DNA of 64,000 nt from Anthoceros angustus (Eukaryota > Plantae > Anthocerotophyta): contig VJWM01000301.1 of NCBI GenBank assembly GCA_010909165.1, positions 1-64,000 of the forward strand, read 5' to 3'. Shown piece after piece: positions 13,401 to 26,861 of this stretch. Position 1 is the stretch's first letter. Each line of letters starts with the position of its first letter. The translations under genes were made by a program, and so were the position numbers. The notes below the pieces were generated by a model. The model made no database searches. It worked only from the letters and a program-made list of their open reading frames with translations, and was not told the DNA's origin.

Positions 13401-14817
13401 TGCCTCCCCACTACGGACTTTGTGGGAGCCTCACTGGCGCCGTGGAAGAAACACGGCGGTCCTGCTACCGCCATGGATTTGATGCTTTGGGGTCTCGCGG
13501 ATGGCCGAGAAGACCCAGAGGTAGCCAGAGGCGATGGTACCCTCCGTGAGCGCTGAGGGGCCCAGAGGCAAGGAGGAAGGCCAAGCTCTCGGCCGAATTG
13601 GGGAAACGGGAGGCCGAGAGGGAAGTCCGTCCATTCGCAAGGACCGGACTAAATTCCTTCACCGGAGGAAAGGTAAGGAGGCCCAAGGGCCGAGGACCTC
13701 GCAGAGGAGAGGTAGCGCAGCAGAGGCGGAAGAGGCCCGGGCGCAAGCGAGAGGGCCTGGACCGGAGGCGGCCCGACCAGACTGAGCCAAGCGAGAAGCC
13801 TGTGAAGGTGGCTGGAGGCGGAAGCCGACCGCGATCACTATCGCGGATCGAAACCGTGGAGGAGAAGGCCGGGTAAACTCAATCAAGACCGGCAGCTGCA
13901 GGAGGTAGAGGGGCAGAGCCGGAGGATGAAGGACACCTTGAGTTACAACCCAAGACGCTGGAGCGCAAGGGGTTCTCAACGAGAGAGTCCAAGACTTCGA
14001 GGAATAGAGCGCGCCTCAAGATGGGGCAGGAGAGGCGGCGAGCAAGCGACCACCAGCCTGGAAGCGCGACAAGGAGATGGAGGATCTCTCACCACCGGTG
14101 AGCAAAGAAGCGAGATGGAAGACCGCAAGGAGACCTTGAGCCCAAACTACCATTGAGAGGAATGGTAGTCTAGAGGCGAACGCGAACGGAAATAGAGCCC
14201 CACGCATGACTGAGGCGACGGCGATGGAACAGGAGCGTGACGCCAAATGGAGAAGGACTGGCGAGCCCACGGCAGAGTTGCCCGACCGTCTGAGAGGGAG
14301 ATGGCGAGTTAAGCCGTAATGGACGAGAGCACCGGAGCGCATAAGAAGCCGTCCAGCTTGAGGAAGGCGGGGGAACGCCGCTTATGGCCGGTAAGTCAGC
14401 GAGCGGACGGAGTTGAGAGTGTGGAGCAACAGCGGTATGGTGACCGAGGCACCGCCTGCGCATGGTTTATCAAACCCGCAGGAGGTGGTCCAACAAGCGG
14501 GCAAAGACGCCACCGAGCACCCATGGCGGGAGACGGTGCCCGCACACGTGGAAGAGGCACCAACAAGTGGATTCGACTTGCCTATTACCACGCCGAGCCT
14601 CACAACAGAGGACTGGAAGGCTCAAGGGGAAGAAGGGCATGGGGACAAAGACGGGACTCTAGTGGCCCTGCTTGGAGACGACGGCAGGGGAGAAGAGCTC
14701 AAGAGGAGCGAGACGCAACGGACCTCAGTGGTAAGTTCACCGCAACCCGCCGAGAAGGGAGGTGCCCGAAGGGGCAGGAGGGGCCAACCCGACCCAAGAC
14801 AAGGGCCTGGGTAGGGA

Positions 14818-16360
14818 TGAGGACCCAGCAAGACGAGGTCCAGACAAGGGGTCCGGAGCTTGGGACCGGACTGAATAAGTTCGACCCCGAGGTCCGAACC
14901 CCAGACGAGGCCGACCCACAGACTGACTGTGAAATAAGACGGACTGGAGTTCAGACTGAGTCGAGACCGACCTCGAGGTCCTGACTCAAGAAGGAGGAGC
15001 CCCTCTCGACTCACGCTTAGGGGAGCAGATAGCGGTGGCCCCACCGAGGGGACCCACGGGAGGCCGGGAGGATGACGTGGTAACGGCGGCCGCCGACCGC
15101 CACGAGCCCAACCCGACTGTGATTCCGGAGAAAGGAGGGGTCCCGCCTCACCGGATCATCCGATTGCGCGCCTGAATCGCCGACGGAGATTGGACCACCA
15201 ATCCCAAGGCGAACCCGACCTTCCCCCCCACCGACGGGAGATAGGGGAGGAAATGGGATGGTAGGCGTCGATTAGTATACCGAGCCATCACCGTAATAGG
15301 GGTAATAAAGACGCCGACTTGGGCGTAGTATAAGAGGGTCACGCTCAATAAATCATCTTTCTTGGTGTTGATGCTGCCTGCACTCCTGTGTCTTCTTGCT
15401 AACGTGAGTCCCGAGTCATCGAAAGGTGCACGTACCCCGGAGAGATTGATCGTGGTTCGTGGACCCTAACGTGTTGTGGTGTGTGCAGGGTGATCGGGAT
15501 CCGCTCGTAGCCGCGCCCAGGCCGAACGGACCGGAACGCAGAGCCGAGGGACGGAGGGCGTGAGTCAGGACGAGAGGCCCGCAGAACGAGAGGAGGTCCT
15601 GAACCCGCGCCTTTCCCTAAGACCGATAAGTGTAGTATGAGTGGAGAGAGGAACGGACTAGAGGTGCGAGTGAGGAACGGAACGATACGGACGCGAACGG
15701 TCTCAAACGCTTGGCCACACCGCCCGTAAGGTGAACGCTGCAGTAGTTAGACGTGAATTGATGAATGTGCGCTGAGACCGAACGACGCAGTAAGACGAAT
15801 CGCCAAACGCCGCAAACGGAGCTCGCTATTCCTTTGGGAACGGACTCCTTCCTACAACGACACGGATTGTGCGCGCTCGCCGGTCGCGCCACATTTTGGC
15901 GCCGCTGCGGGAATGAAATCGCCCAGCAAGCGTGGATGCGTGGAGGACGGAGGTAGTTAAGGACGAATTGCCGAGAGTTCTGACGCCAGATCGCCGAGCG
16001 CCCGAGCGCAGAAAGAGAGACGACGGCTCGGACAGGACACCAATGTAAGCGCGGTGGAGCCGTCGGATCGTGAGGAGGAAGCAGACCAAGTCGCGGTAAG
16101 GAGTTGCTCAACCCTTGCCGATCGGCGATGGCAACAACGCCCAAGCAAGCGTATTCTCTTTGGAGGTAAGAAGGAGAGACTAAACCTTCGTGGAGGATTT
16201 CGCGGCTTTCGTGTGACCGATTTTTTGGTAGGAAATGGTTTGAAGGAAACATGTCAAGCTTTTTCGAATCTTTTGAACTGGAATTGTTGGATAGTGTTGG
16301 ACAGGTAGAAAGGATACTTAGGGAAGAAGAAACGGGTCGAAACGATCTTTTAGCAAAGGT
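14818..16360 (+). mobile_element. Ty3/gypsy (Athila-like) LTR, PBS and start of gag, truncated
   Basis: Purine run then TG at 14818 (start tentative); tataagaggg...aataaa at ~15330-15353; ...ccaca end at 15893; PBS; gag-like F.G..VTDFL at ~16200-16230; stops at the RRTATA array. Confidence 0.55.
15897..15913 (+). promoter_or_regulatory. Primer-binding site, tRNA-Asp type
   Basis: ccaca-ttt-tggcgccgctgcgggaa resembles TGGCGCCGTTGCCGGGGA, the complement of the plant tRNA-Asp 3' end; same context recurs at 63342. Confidence 0.7.
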
Positions 16361-16367
16361 AGGTTGA

Positions 16368-17560
16368 TATAGGTATGGTATGTATAGGTATAGGTATAGG
16401 TATAGGTATAAGCAAGTATAGGTATACAGATACAGTATAGGTAGGCAGGTATAGGTACAGGTATGTATAGTGGCATAAGTATAGATATAAGTATAGGTAT
16501 AGGTATAAATATAGGTATAGGTATAAGTATAGGTATAGGTATAGGTATGGGTATAGGTATAGGTATGGGTATAGGTATAAGTATAGATATAAATATAAGT
16601 ATAAATATAAATATAGGTATAGGTATAGGTATAGATATAGGTATAGATATAAGTATAGGTATAAATATAGATATAGGTATAGGTATAGGTATAAGTATAG
16701 ATATAGATATAGGTATAGGTATAAGTATAGGTATAGGTATAGGTATAAATATAGGTATAGGTATAGGTATAGATATAAGTATAGGTATAGGTAGAGGTAA
16801 AAGTATAAGTATAAGTATAGATATAAATATAAGTATAAGTATAGATATAGGTATAAGTATAGATATAGGTATAGATATAGGTATAAGTATAGATATAGGT
16901 ATAAGTATAGGTATAAGTATAGATATAGATATAAGTATAGGTATAAATATAGGTATAGGTATAAATATAGGTATAGGTATAGGTATAGGTATAAGTATAA
17001 GTATAAATATAGGTATAGGTATAAGTATAAGTATAAATATAGGTATAAGTATAAGTATAAGTATAGATATAAATATAGGTATAGGTATAAGTATAAGTAT
17101 AGGTATAGATATAAGTATAAATATACGTATAAATATAGGTACAAGTATAAGTATAGATATAGGTATAAGTATAAATATAAATATAGGTATAGGTATAAGT
17201 ATAAGTATAAATATAGATATAAGTATATAGATATAGATAGGTAGGCAGTATAAATATAAATATAGGTATAGATATGAATATAGATATAGATATTGATATA
17301 GGTATAGATATAGATATAGGTATAAATATAGATAGTGGTATAGGTATATATAGGTATAGGTATAGATATAATAATAAATATAGGTATAAATATAAGTATA
17401 GATATATATATAGAAGTATATAGATATAAGTATAAGTATAAGTATAAGTATAAGTATAAGTATATATAAGTATAAGTATAAGTATAAGTATACGTATAAG
17501 TATAAATATAAATATAAGTATAGATATAGGTATAGGTTTAGGTTTAGGTGTAGGTATACG
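16368..17560. repeat. ~1.2 kb degenerate hexamer array (GGTATA/AGTATA/GATATA/AATATA = RRTATA)n
   Basis: Directly visible; about 200 units, fixed TATA core with two variable purines. Confidence 0.97.
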
Positions 17561-17865
17561 TGTAGGTCTAAAATTCACAATGAAACTAAAGGGATTGAAA
17601 TGTGGTTCGCAATAGGTACTCATTATTAGATCCGTTAACCACGGTCCGTGGAGTCGCAGAGTTTCCGCACTGGCCCGGTTCACGGGAAGCTCTCTGATAT
17701 GCGCTGCTGAGGCGAGGGGGGGCTGTTGAGCTGCGGCCGCGACGTTTTTACAGTGCACGATCGCCTTTCAAGCGTCATCGCCGCGCTTTCCTTCCTCTCA
17801 ATGTCGTGGCTTGGTGAACGGGCGAAAGGGTAACACCTTCGGTGTTGAGGCCCCTCAAAGAAGAA

Positions 17866-20800
17866 ATGCAGTCTCGTGAAGTTGCCAAACGGGTTGTTGG
17901 CAAAGCTTCTTTCAGCTTTGGCTGCTCCCTCCATAGATTGGAGACTAGTCTAGGTCGTGATGTGCATTCAGAGAATCTGGCTACTTGCACGCCTGTTCGA
18001 TCAGTTTTCCAGGCATTCCGCACGGGAATTGCTTGGCGGTCAATCTCTGGGTCCGTGTTGCTGAAGGAGTCGGAGGTGGCTGTTTGTGGGCCAACTGCAG
18101 ACTCACGTCGGAGCTACCGACCACGCTTGGATGCTTCTTCCAATGTGGAGGCTGTGGGCCTGTATGGGTACGAGCAACTGAAGGCGGCCAAAGGGTTTCA
18201 GGCTTTTGCTCAGGATGCAATAGACAGGTCGGCATATGATCAGTGAAATTGGGATTTCTCTGACCTTTTGAAGGTTGCTCAATATGCTGAATTTCGTTCC
18301 GGCAGATCCGAGGAATTGATTGCACGTATGAAGGAGGTGCCTCCTTCCATGGATACCATTCGAGCCATGGATGATATTTCCGATTCAGTGGGTTGTCTGT
18401 TCCATCTTTATTTCCCTTGTGGAGTTCTTATTTGAGAAAAGTTCTTGATTCTCTTGATTGGCTTCTGAGGAAGCAGTTGAAGACCCATTCACCGTGCAGT
18501 GATCGCCACAATATTCAATCAGAACGTCGCTATGCATCTCTTTTGTAGCGCTACGACGGCTGTTTGACCACTGAATAAATGACGATGTAGTTTTCCCGCT
18601 TCATGATGAACAGGTCTGTACTGTAGTGGATGCAGCAGAGCTTTGCCGCAGCACTCATCCTGACAAGTAAGGTGGCATTCGAACAGCCACTAGTCTTCTT
18701 TTTCAGTCTACATAGTCTAGGTACTCGTGTTGATTGTGTAACATGTTGAGGTCTTTACTGCACATATAAACTGCTAAGCTATGTCTTCACCTGGTTGTTT
18801 GAATTGCTTGGTTTCATTTGAATAGGGACTTTGTTACTGAAGCAAATCATGCTTCTATGCGACTGTATGAGTACCTGCAGGTAAAACTGGGAAACTTGGT
18901 TTTGTGTGGGAGGCTGCACCCTAGATCTGCCGACTTATGTCTGTTTTTCTGCTCTGATTTGCAACATCGGGCTGTGTTCAGTACCTCAACACACACCCTG
19001 TGCTTTACAAAGCTGTAGTGGATGCTGAGAAATCAGGGAAGCTTACCACAGAGGAGGCTCGAAGAGCAGCAAAGGCCCTTCGTTCTGATTTTGAGAGAGG
19101 AGGCATTCACCTTTCTCCTGGTCAGTCTCAAGGGTCAACATCGTTTCTGGTCTTGAACTCCACTCTTCCAATACCTGAGCAGATCTGCTGAAGTTGCATT
19201 TTCTTTGTCTCAGAGAAAGTGAAGCGTGTAAATGACCTCAACTTGGAAATCACTCGGTTAGGGAGGGAGTAAGTGACACCCTTGTCTGTCTTGTTCGTCA
19301 ACGGCCAAAGGGATGAGTGATGTTCTTGTAGTGCAGCATCTGCAGCTAGCTAGTGAACCTTCACATTTAATCTTTTTTGAAACTGGGATAAGCTGCAATG
19401 CGTGAAACGTGCAAATTTTCCTGCTTTATCAAAGTTCGGTTTCCAGAGGGAGTTGTGCTAGGTGTGTGTGGCATGGCTCTTATTATTATTATTTTGGTCA
19501 AACTGCGAATCAGATTTGGCGAAAACATTTTGCACGATCAAGGGCAAGTTGACATTTTTCCAGCCTCTAAAGTTCCTAACGGTATTCGGCATATGCTTCA
19601 GCCTATCTCTCATCGTCCGGATGGGCTTCGGAGAGCTGGGAGACGGAAGCATGACGATCTTGGAGGCTCTGTTAACGGCATGCGTGTGACAACAGAACCA
19701 GGAGTTCTATCTGCAGTACTGAAGTGGCTACCAGACGCAGAGGTTTTGTTGTCTCTTCTGCAGATGGCAGTGCACGTGTTGATTGTCCAGCCTCTTCTAT
19801 ATCATCCCTCTGATAACCTGTCCACTGGTCCTTGAGTTCTTATTGGTTCCTGCAGAATATGCATGAATGCCTCCTACTTGCAGCTGATGAGAGTGCTGTG
19901 CAGGTCAGGAAGCAGGTGTACGTGGTTGGGCACAGTGTGCCGAAAAGTAATCTGCGAATTATTGATCACCTGATTGGTGCTCGTCACGAGCTGGCACAGG
20001 TGATTCAGGCAATGCCTTCATCTATACTGGCTTTGCAATTGCTGAGTTGTGTTCTTTTCTAAGCCTGGTTTCTGATAAGGTTTCTGGTTTCGTTTTGATG
20101 CATTTGCAGCTTCTAGGATATAAATCCTATGCAGCATTTGCGGTAGCTCCAGCAATGGCAGGATCGTCAGAATCTGTGGTTTCATTTTTAATTGAGTTAA
20201 GCACGAGATTGAAGAGAAAAGCAGATGAGGTACTTCGAATGTATTTAAGGAATGGTTCCACATGATGTTGCACATATGGATCGAAGGTACATGTTCAATG
20301 CTCAATGACAGAATTAAGATATATGAGACAAATGACATGGCAGGAATTGAGGATGCTAGAAGATTTTCAGAAGCAGGTAGAGAATGGTGGATATGGAACA
20401 GTCAATCCTTGGGATGAGTTGTACTATTCTGGATTGATGAGGTCCACAACACAAAATCTGGATGCCAGGGTGAGTGAGCTTTACTGTATGTCACTCTTGG
20501 AAGCTTTTATGTGTATCACTCTTGACCTGTATTACTCCGTACAGTGTGGGATGTACACCCTCTATTCCACAAAAGTGTCGGCAACTGCACATTGTAGTTC
20601 AGTTCATGGGCTGGCATGACAGGTGGGTAAAACATGTGTGGCACCTTGCAGACAGTTGCTGCATATTTTCCCCTTGTCCAATGCCTTGAAGGCATCAAAT
20701 TGATCAGCCAGTCACTCTTTGGCGCAACATTCAGGGAAGTGCCAGTAGGCAGTGGTGAAGCTTGGCACCCTGACATTAGGAAATTGGTGTTTGAACATCC

Positions 20801-22165
20801 CTCTGAGGTACGTCGGGTTGCTTTTGGTTCGAGAATCGTGTTGTTATTATCTATGCATTTGTCACAATGGTTTTCCAAGTCTGTTTTGGCAGGGACCCTT
20901 GGGCTATATGTACCTTGATCTATATTCTCGTCCTGGGAAGTATCCCAATTGTGCACATTTTACCCTACGAGGAGGCCGGCGTACGTCAGAAACGGCTTAC
21001 CAACTTCCAGTAAGACACTGGTGTATTTGTGCCGGAGGATGTGCTTCCAGATTGATTCATACTTGCGGTTGTTGTTCCTGCAGGTGGTGGCGTTGGTTTG
21101 TAACTTCTGTAACTCAGGCGACGACAGTTCGTTTGTGCTCAATCACTGGGAAGTTGAGACTCTTTTCCATGAGTATGGGCATGCTCTACATTCCCTGCTG
21201 TCCCGCACGGTAAGTTGCAAGGTTGTTATGTCTGGGTATGAAACACGATGTTATGCTATATGTTAATGATTAACTTGTGTTTGTGTTAGCAGGAATACCA
21301 GCATTTCTCAGGGACAAGAACAGTATTGGACTTCTCCGAAACGCCTGCCCATCTCCTTGAGTAAGTGTGCGTCAGAGCATGGCAATAAGTGGAGGTCTTG
21401 TGCGTGTGGGTTAGTTCGGTCTGTGGAGCAGGTGAGGTGTGGTTTGTATGTGTAGATACTACGCCTGGGACTATCGTGTGCTGAGCAAGTTTGCGAAGCA
21501 CTACTCTTCAGGAGAAGCAATTCCTGAAAAGATGGTGAATTCCATGAAAGCTTCAAGGAAAATGTTGGCTGCTACTGAGATCCAACGCCAGGTGACGAGC
21601 GTGTTATGGGTTGGTACGTAGAGGTAAGGGGGTTTGTGGGACCGTGATGTTCTGAAGAAATGGGGTGTGGCTTGCAGGTGTACTACGCCATGGTTGACCA
21701 GACACTGCATGGGGTGCAACCGCTGCCAGCGAGCGATACGACAGCTGTGGTGGCTGAAATGAAGAACAAGTATACAAGCTGGAACCATGTGAAGGGGACT
21801 CACTGGCACACGAGATTCAGTCACCTTGTGAGCTACGGGGCGGGTATGTAGGGGGGTGCTGTTAGCTGTGTTAGTGTGGTCGGGTGTCTCGGTGATGTCA
21901 TGGATGTTGGACTGTGTACGCAGGCTATTACAGCTATTTGTATGCTCGATGCCTGTCGGCCAGCATCTGGCACCGACTGTGCGCCAGCGACCCGCTGAAT
22001 GGCGAGACCGGGGAGAAACTACGACGAGGATTCTTGGAGCATGGCGGTGCCAAGAATCCTGCAGAGATGCTGACAGAATGTGTTGGGTCGGATGTGCTCA
22101 TAAGGTCTTCATGCGGGGGCGTAAAGCCGTGTGTAGAACAGCTTTTGAGCGAATTTGAACTGTGA
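17866..22165 (+). CDS. OCT1: Mitochondrial intermediate peptidase (peptidase M3), 17 exons with short GT-AG introns
   Basis: ATG 17866 with a presequence-like N-terminus; exons read VGLYGYEQLK, VCTVVDAAELCRSTHPD, YLNTHPVLYKAV, GPLGYMYLDLYSRPGKYPNCAHFTLRGGR, ETLFHEYGHALHSLLSRT (HEXXH, ~21168), SYGAGYYSYLYA, LLSEFEL* (22165). All exon boundaries found at GT/AG. Confidence 0.95.
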
Positions 22166-22618
22166 AGAGGGATGTTTCTTGAATTCCGATGTGTGAAGGA
22201 AGCTGAGAGGTAGGAATCTGGTACATCTAAGTGAGGTACGAGGACGGTGATGAGGAGGTTGACTTGTTTCTTGACCCGTAAATGCACACGGTTTGGAAGG
22301 GGCTGGGTTAGGAAAATCCTCGAAATCACTGAGATGACCTACAAAAAATTGTGTGTGGCCTCATAAAATTAGAGGAAATATTGTTGGAGCCTTTCCTCTC
22401 TTTCAGAGGAAGCCTTATTGACCTCCGTCGGACCTCTGTAGTGGCTGCCATCGGTTTAGAAACTATGAGAAATTGTTTTCTTGGCTCTTCCCGCACCTTG
22501 ATTTTTTTGTGGCGTACCCTGATTATCTTTTGGTGCACTCTGAATATCTTTGACCTAGCTTAAACTAGTTCAGACTTTTTTTTCGCTCTCTCATTTGTAA
22601 TATCAGTCTCATGACGAT

Positions 22619-23020
22619 CCCAAGAGTGGGGTGCGCGTGGTCCCAAAGTGGGGTGCACATAATATCCCACTCTTGGGGTGCACATAATATCCCAAAAGTG
22701 GGGTGCACATAATATCCCAAGAGTGGGGTGCACATAATATCCCAAGAGTGGGGTGCACATAATATCCCAAGAGTGGGGTGCACATAATGTCCAAACTCTA
22801 CCCCAAGAGTGGGGTGCACATAATATCCAAACTCTACCCCAAGAGTGGGGTGCACATAATATCAAAACTCTACCCCAAGAGAGGAGTGCACATAATATCA
22901 AAACTCTACCCCAAGAGAGGGGTGCACATAATATCCAAACTCTACCCCAAGAGTGAGGTGCACATAATATCCAAACGCTAGCCCAAGAGTGGGGTGCACA
23001 TAATATCCAAACTCTCTAGT
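22619..23020. repeat. Minisatellite: 25-bp unit cccaagagtggggtgcacataatat shifting to a ~36-37-bp unit with added ccaaactctac
   Basis: About 12-13 directly visible copies. Confidence 0.95.
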
Positions 23021-24409
23021 CAAGCGCCCTGCAAAATGGATCCTGGCGGGATAGGATACCATTCTTTGAACTGGAACATGTATGGAAAATAGGGTGCCTT
23101 CGAATTGGAACTGGAACTGGAACTGGAACGGATATGAAAATCGTCCTAGCCTCCCTTATGTAAGGTCTTGCGTGACATTACCTAGATAAAAGTGAAGTAA
23201 AGGTCATATGTCATTTTTAATGGACTAAAAATTGGCAGAAAAAATATTATTTTAATGTTAATGATCATCCATTACCCATTCTTAAAATATTCAAACTAGG
23301 GCGATTCTTCAAACTTTTCTCATCCCTTCAATCATTTATTTTTTTGAAAAAATTCTTGCAAAGCATTCGGGGTGGCAAGCTCTCCTTGTACAGCACATTC
23401 GCAAATCGACCCATAGCCATGTGCACCATGGCCATTCTTCAAACTTGTCTCATCGGTTCAATCGTTTTTTTTAGCATAAAATTCTTGCAAAGTACTTGGG
23501 TGGCATGCTCTCCTCCTACGGGACATTCGTAGATCATCAAGAGACATTTTATCTGTATTGGGCAAAACATGTGGCCATAGTGTGTGTAGATTCAAATAAA
23601 TAAATAAAAATTTAAAGAATAAAAAAATAAAAAAATCATAGTTCAATCAATGGGTTTCATTAAAAATAATGACTACAACTTTTCTACCTAGTTACTTGCT
23701 TCGGAGCTAGCACTCTTTCTAACTGTCTAGTTAAGAACTTGGAGATAGCACGCTTTCTCAGCATGTAGGTAAGAATTTTTATATGTTATAAGGAAAAAGC
23801 AATGCTTAGGAGTTTTCAACCACACTTAGGAATCTATTGAACCCTCGAAATTATAAAAAATAAGAAATCCGAAATAGGGAGGTGCAACGGTGTTTGAATG
23901 TTTTAACAACATGTCTTCAATTTGTGCCCCAATTACTATTTAAAAAATTATCCGTTTTATCCTTTTATACTTTGAAGAGAGCAAGCAATGAAGTACCAAT
24001 AAAAGAGGGATCACATTTATAAAAATTTTAATTAAAAGGACTGATTACATATATATGCATGTAGTTTGTATATATATGTATGTTTATATGTACATATATA
24101 TAGTATGTATATATGTAAAGTGGCAACATGCTGCGCGCGTGGGCAGGGCGTGTGACTCGAGGGCATTGGCAGGTTGATGACACCATGATGACTGGTCCCA
24201 CCTAAGTCACTAGGCAGTAACAGGCTAAGCTGAAATAATTGTCATGGAAGCTCTGATAAGTATGTGCGAGTGTAGACTCAGCTCTACTTGACCTGCTGTG
24301 CAGGCACATGTCACAAGTAGATAGGTACATAAAAGTTGTAACGGGCACAGACGAAGGAATCTGTGAGCCATTAATGGTAGCGGGGTAGGGCACGCAGCAG
24401 TGGCACTGC

Positions 24410-26110
24410 CCGGGTCCGGGTCCGGGCCCGGGCCCCGGCCCCGGCCCCGGCCCCGGCCCCGGGATCTTGTCTCCAGCGTTTTAGAATGGTGTGGGCATGC
24501 CCGCACTGGGAATGGAGTACCGGGGGGATGGATGAGGCGGCCAGCAGGCAATGGCAGGGTCCCGACGGCCCGACGGCGTGACGTCCCGACTTGCCAAAAC
24601 AGTTGGTGGATGCCTCTGGAGAAGGGACATTCATTCCAACTTCCCAGTTGAAATGCAGTATCCGGAGATAATATTCGCTGGGCTGGGCTGGGCTGGGCTG
24701 GGCTGGGGTGGGGCAAGGGCAACTTGGGCAGCCCGGCCCGGCCCAGGCGCCCCTACTGTTGTTACAGACCGAGGCGTGGAGTTAGTAAAGCGGGGTGCGC
24801 GCACACGCTAAATTTGGAGCCACAGCGCACAGCGCGCGCGTACAGCGTGGCGGCGCGACGCCGTAGTTTGGGTCACACCGTTCCCTATATTGTAGGAGGT
24901 TCATTGAAAGCGGCATAGTCGTGGGCCGTGGCTCCCGCGGATGTTGCACAACATGGCACGAATAATAAGTTACTCTTGAGTCACAGCCTCACATGCCACA
25001 CGGCCGCATGTAACCACATACAGTATGTACATACAGTGTAGGTACACCTAGTGAAAACTTAAAATGAAGATCAGGCCAGGCCGCCGCACGCGGACGCGGA
25101 CGCGGACGCGGACGCCGACTCGGACTCGGACTCTGGGGCCAAAGGGCAAGAATCAAGATGTGATGCCGTTCATGAGTGACACCTTGGCCCTTGGGCCGTG
25201 TGTGAATTCTTAACCGCTCCCTCTGAGCAGCAGGGCAGGGGCAGGGGCAGGGGCAGGGCCAGGGCGGCTCCAGCTGATCATGCATGCCATTGCTCGCGCC
25301 AGCCCAATGGTCGCCGCCTCACGATGCCCAGCCGCGCCCTGCCGTGGGCCACCCTTTTAACTCTCAACCCAAATAGCATAGGCGCTACCCACACGCTCCA
25401 CACCCTAATAATCAGCATGTTCATGTATGTACATACATACATCTGTACGCACTGTATGTTCTAGTAAGTCGGCCCTCCCTAATCTCTTAATTGGGAATTC
25501 TATAAATGGGATCCCTACACATATTTCGCATACATACATCATGCACGCACACATGTATGTGAGTATGTATGTACATATATCTGTACGTACGTATGTATGT
25601 TCAAGTCAGGTGCGCACGGGTGGTGCACTCTATCTAGTGCCCTGTCGTGTCGTGACAGTACAATATGCAGGGTGGCTGTCAGGAGCACCGATGTTGCAAG
25701 TCAACCACCTGCCATTTGTAGCGCCTGCCAGCCTCCAGAGCACGGCGCAAGGCAGGGCAGGGAAATCGGAATGGCTCGTGGCCGTGGCAACCTGTCGTCA
25801 CGGCCACCGTCGCACATAGTGCGGGCACCCCGACTCCCAGGCCAGCCTCGTGACACCTTCGCCATAGTTGCAGGAGCCATACGTCAGCTCTGCTCCCTCT
25901 ATTTCTCGCCTGTCGTCATTCTGTCGCACACTCCGCGTCTGGCTGCCAGCCTAGTACAAGTGTGTTGGCCTCCGGCCCTCAGCCTCCGTCCCGTCTACAC
26001 TCCAGCATTCCTTCCTCTTCTCTTCTCTTCTCTTCTCTTCTCTCCTCTCCTCTTCTCTTCTCTTCTCTTCTCTTCTCTTCCCTTCTCTTCTCCTGTTCCC
26101 TTCCTCTTCC
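24410..26110. repeat. Cluster of short microsatellites upstream of the bHLH gene: (CCCCGG)n, (GGGCT)n, (CGCGGA)n, (CAGGGG)n, (TCTCT)n
   Basis: Seen at ~24433-24463, 24677-24715, 25089-25114, 25232-25265 and 26015-26090; the CT-rich tract is typical of a plant 5' UTR. Confidence 0.85.
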
Positions 26111-26391
26111 CCCTCCCCTTGTCTGAGTCCTCTACAAACCTCCCCCGATCCCTCAGTGTTGGAAGCTCCTCCTGCTACATCTTTCTCATTAGGTTGCAGT
26201 GCCACTCATGGACGGTAGCTAGTGCAGATATCGCTACAAAGCTTTGCTTGCCAGCCTGCAAACGTTCTGTTTTCAGGACTGCATGCATCATACGCAATGC
26301 TGTAGCGCTACAACCGCCCCATTCTCCCACTAGTACAGCCACTAGAGAGCTACCTAGGCTAGGCTGCGCTCCTCAATCAGCTGTGGATTAA

Positions 26392-26797
26392 ATGCCGCTG
26401 CGGCAGGTGCAGAGCAAGCACAGCACCGTGATTCATGACACGCCTACAAAGGTCTGCGCCAACGATCGCGAGCCGCGACGGAAGAAGAGCAAGTCCCTAC
26501 CTCCTGCAGCCTCCGCCTCACGCAGCGCATCCAGCTGCTCTGCCACCGCCGACGGTAACATGTCGTTGAAAAAATCCAGCTCCCCGTCCGGATCCATGGT
26601 TAGGTCACTTTCCACCTTCGACTCATCGTCCCCCTCCTCCTTGCTGGTTACCGCGGCCGTCCAGATGCACAATGCCGCTGCCTTGGTCACTCTCTCGTGC
26701 GCTGAATCAGGTGTTACCAATCCGGGATCTGCTCCCTGCAACAAGCTTGCCGACAGCACCAGACTCGTGGGCACCGCGCCCGCTGCCAGCCTTCCCG

Positions 26798-26861
<64 letters not shown>

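Noticed and set aside
16200-16270. LisH-like motif VTDFLVGNGLKETCQAF
   Set aside because: Lies ~300 bp after a retroelement PBS; better explained as a gag N-terminal motif.
15617-17758. 713-aa YT/YI-repeat ORF and overlapping YL and GI/SI ORFs
   Set aside because: By-products of the stop-free RRTATA array; no domain or coding complexity.
22619-23020. CRISPR-like regular repeats (also 33050-33980)
   Set aside because: No unique spacers, no cas genes, eukaryotic context; ordinary tandem repeats.
25597-26391. 264-aa ORF in frame with and directly upstream of the bHLH ORF
   Set aside because: Separated by TAA and made largely of CT-microsatellite (LLFSS); looks like 5' UTR, with no evidence for readthrough.
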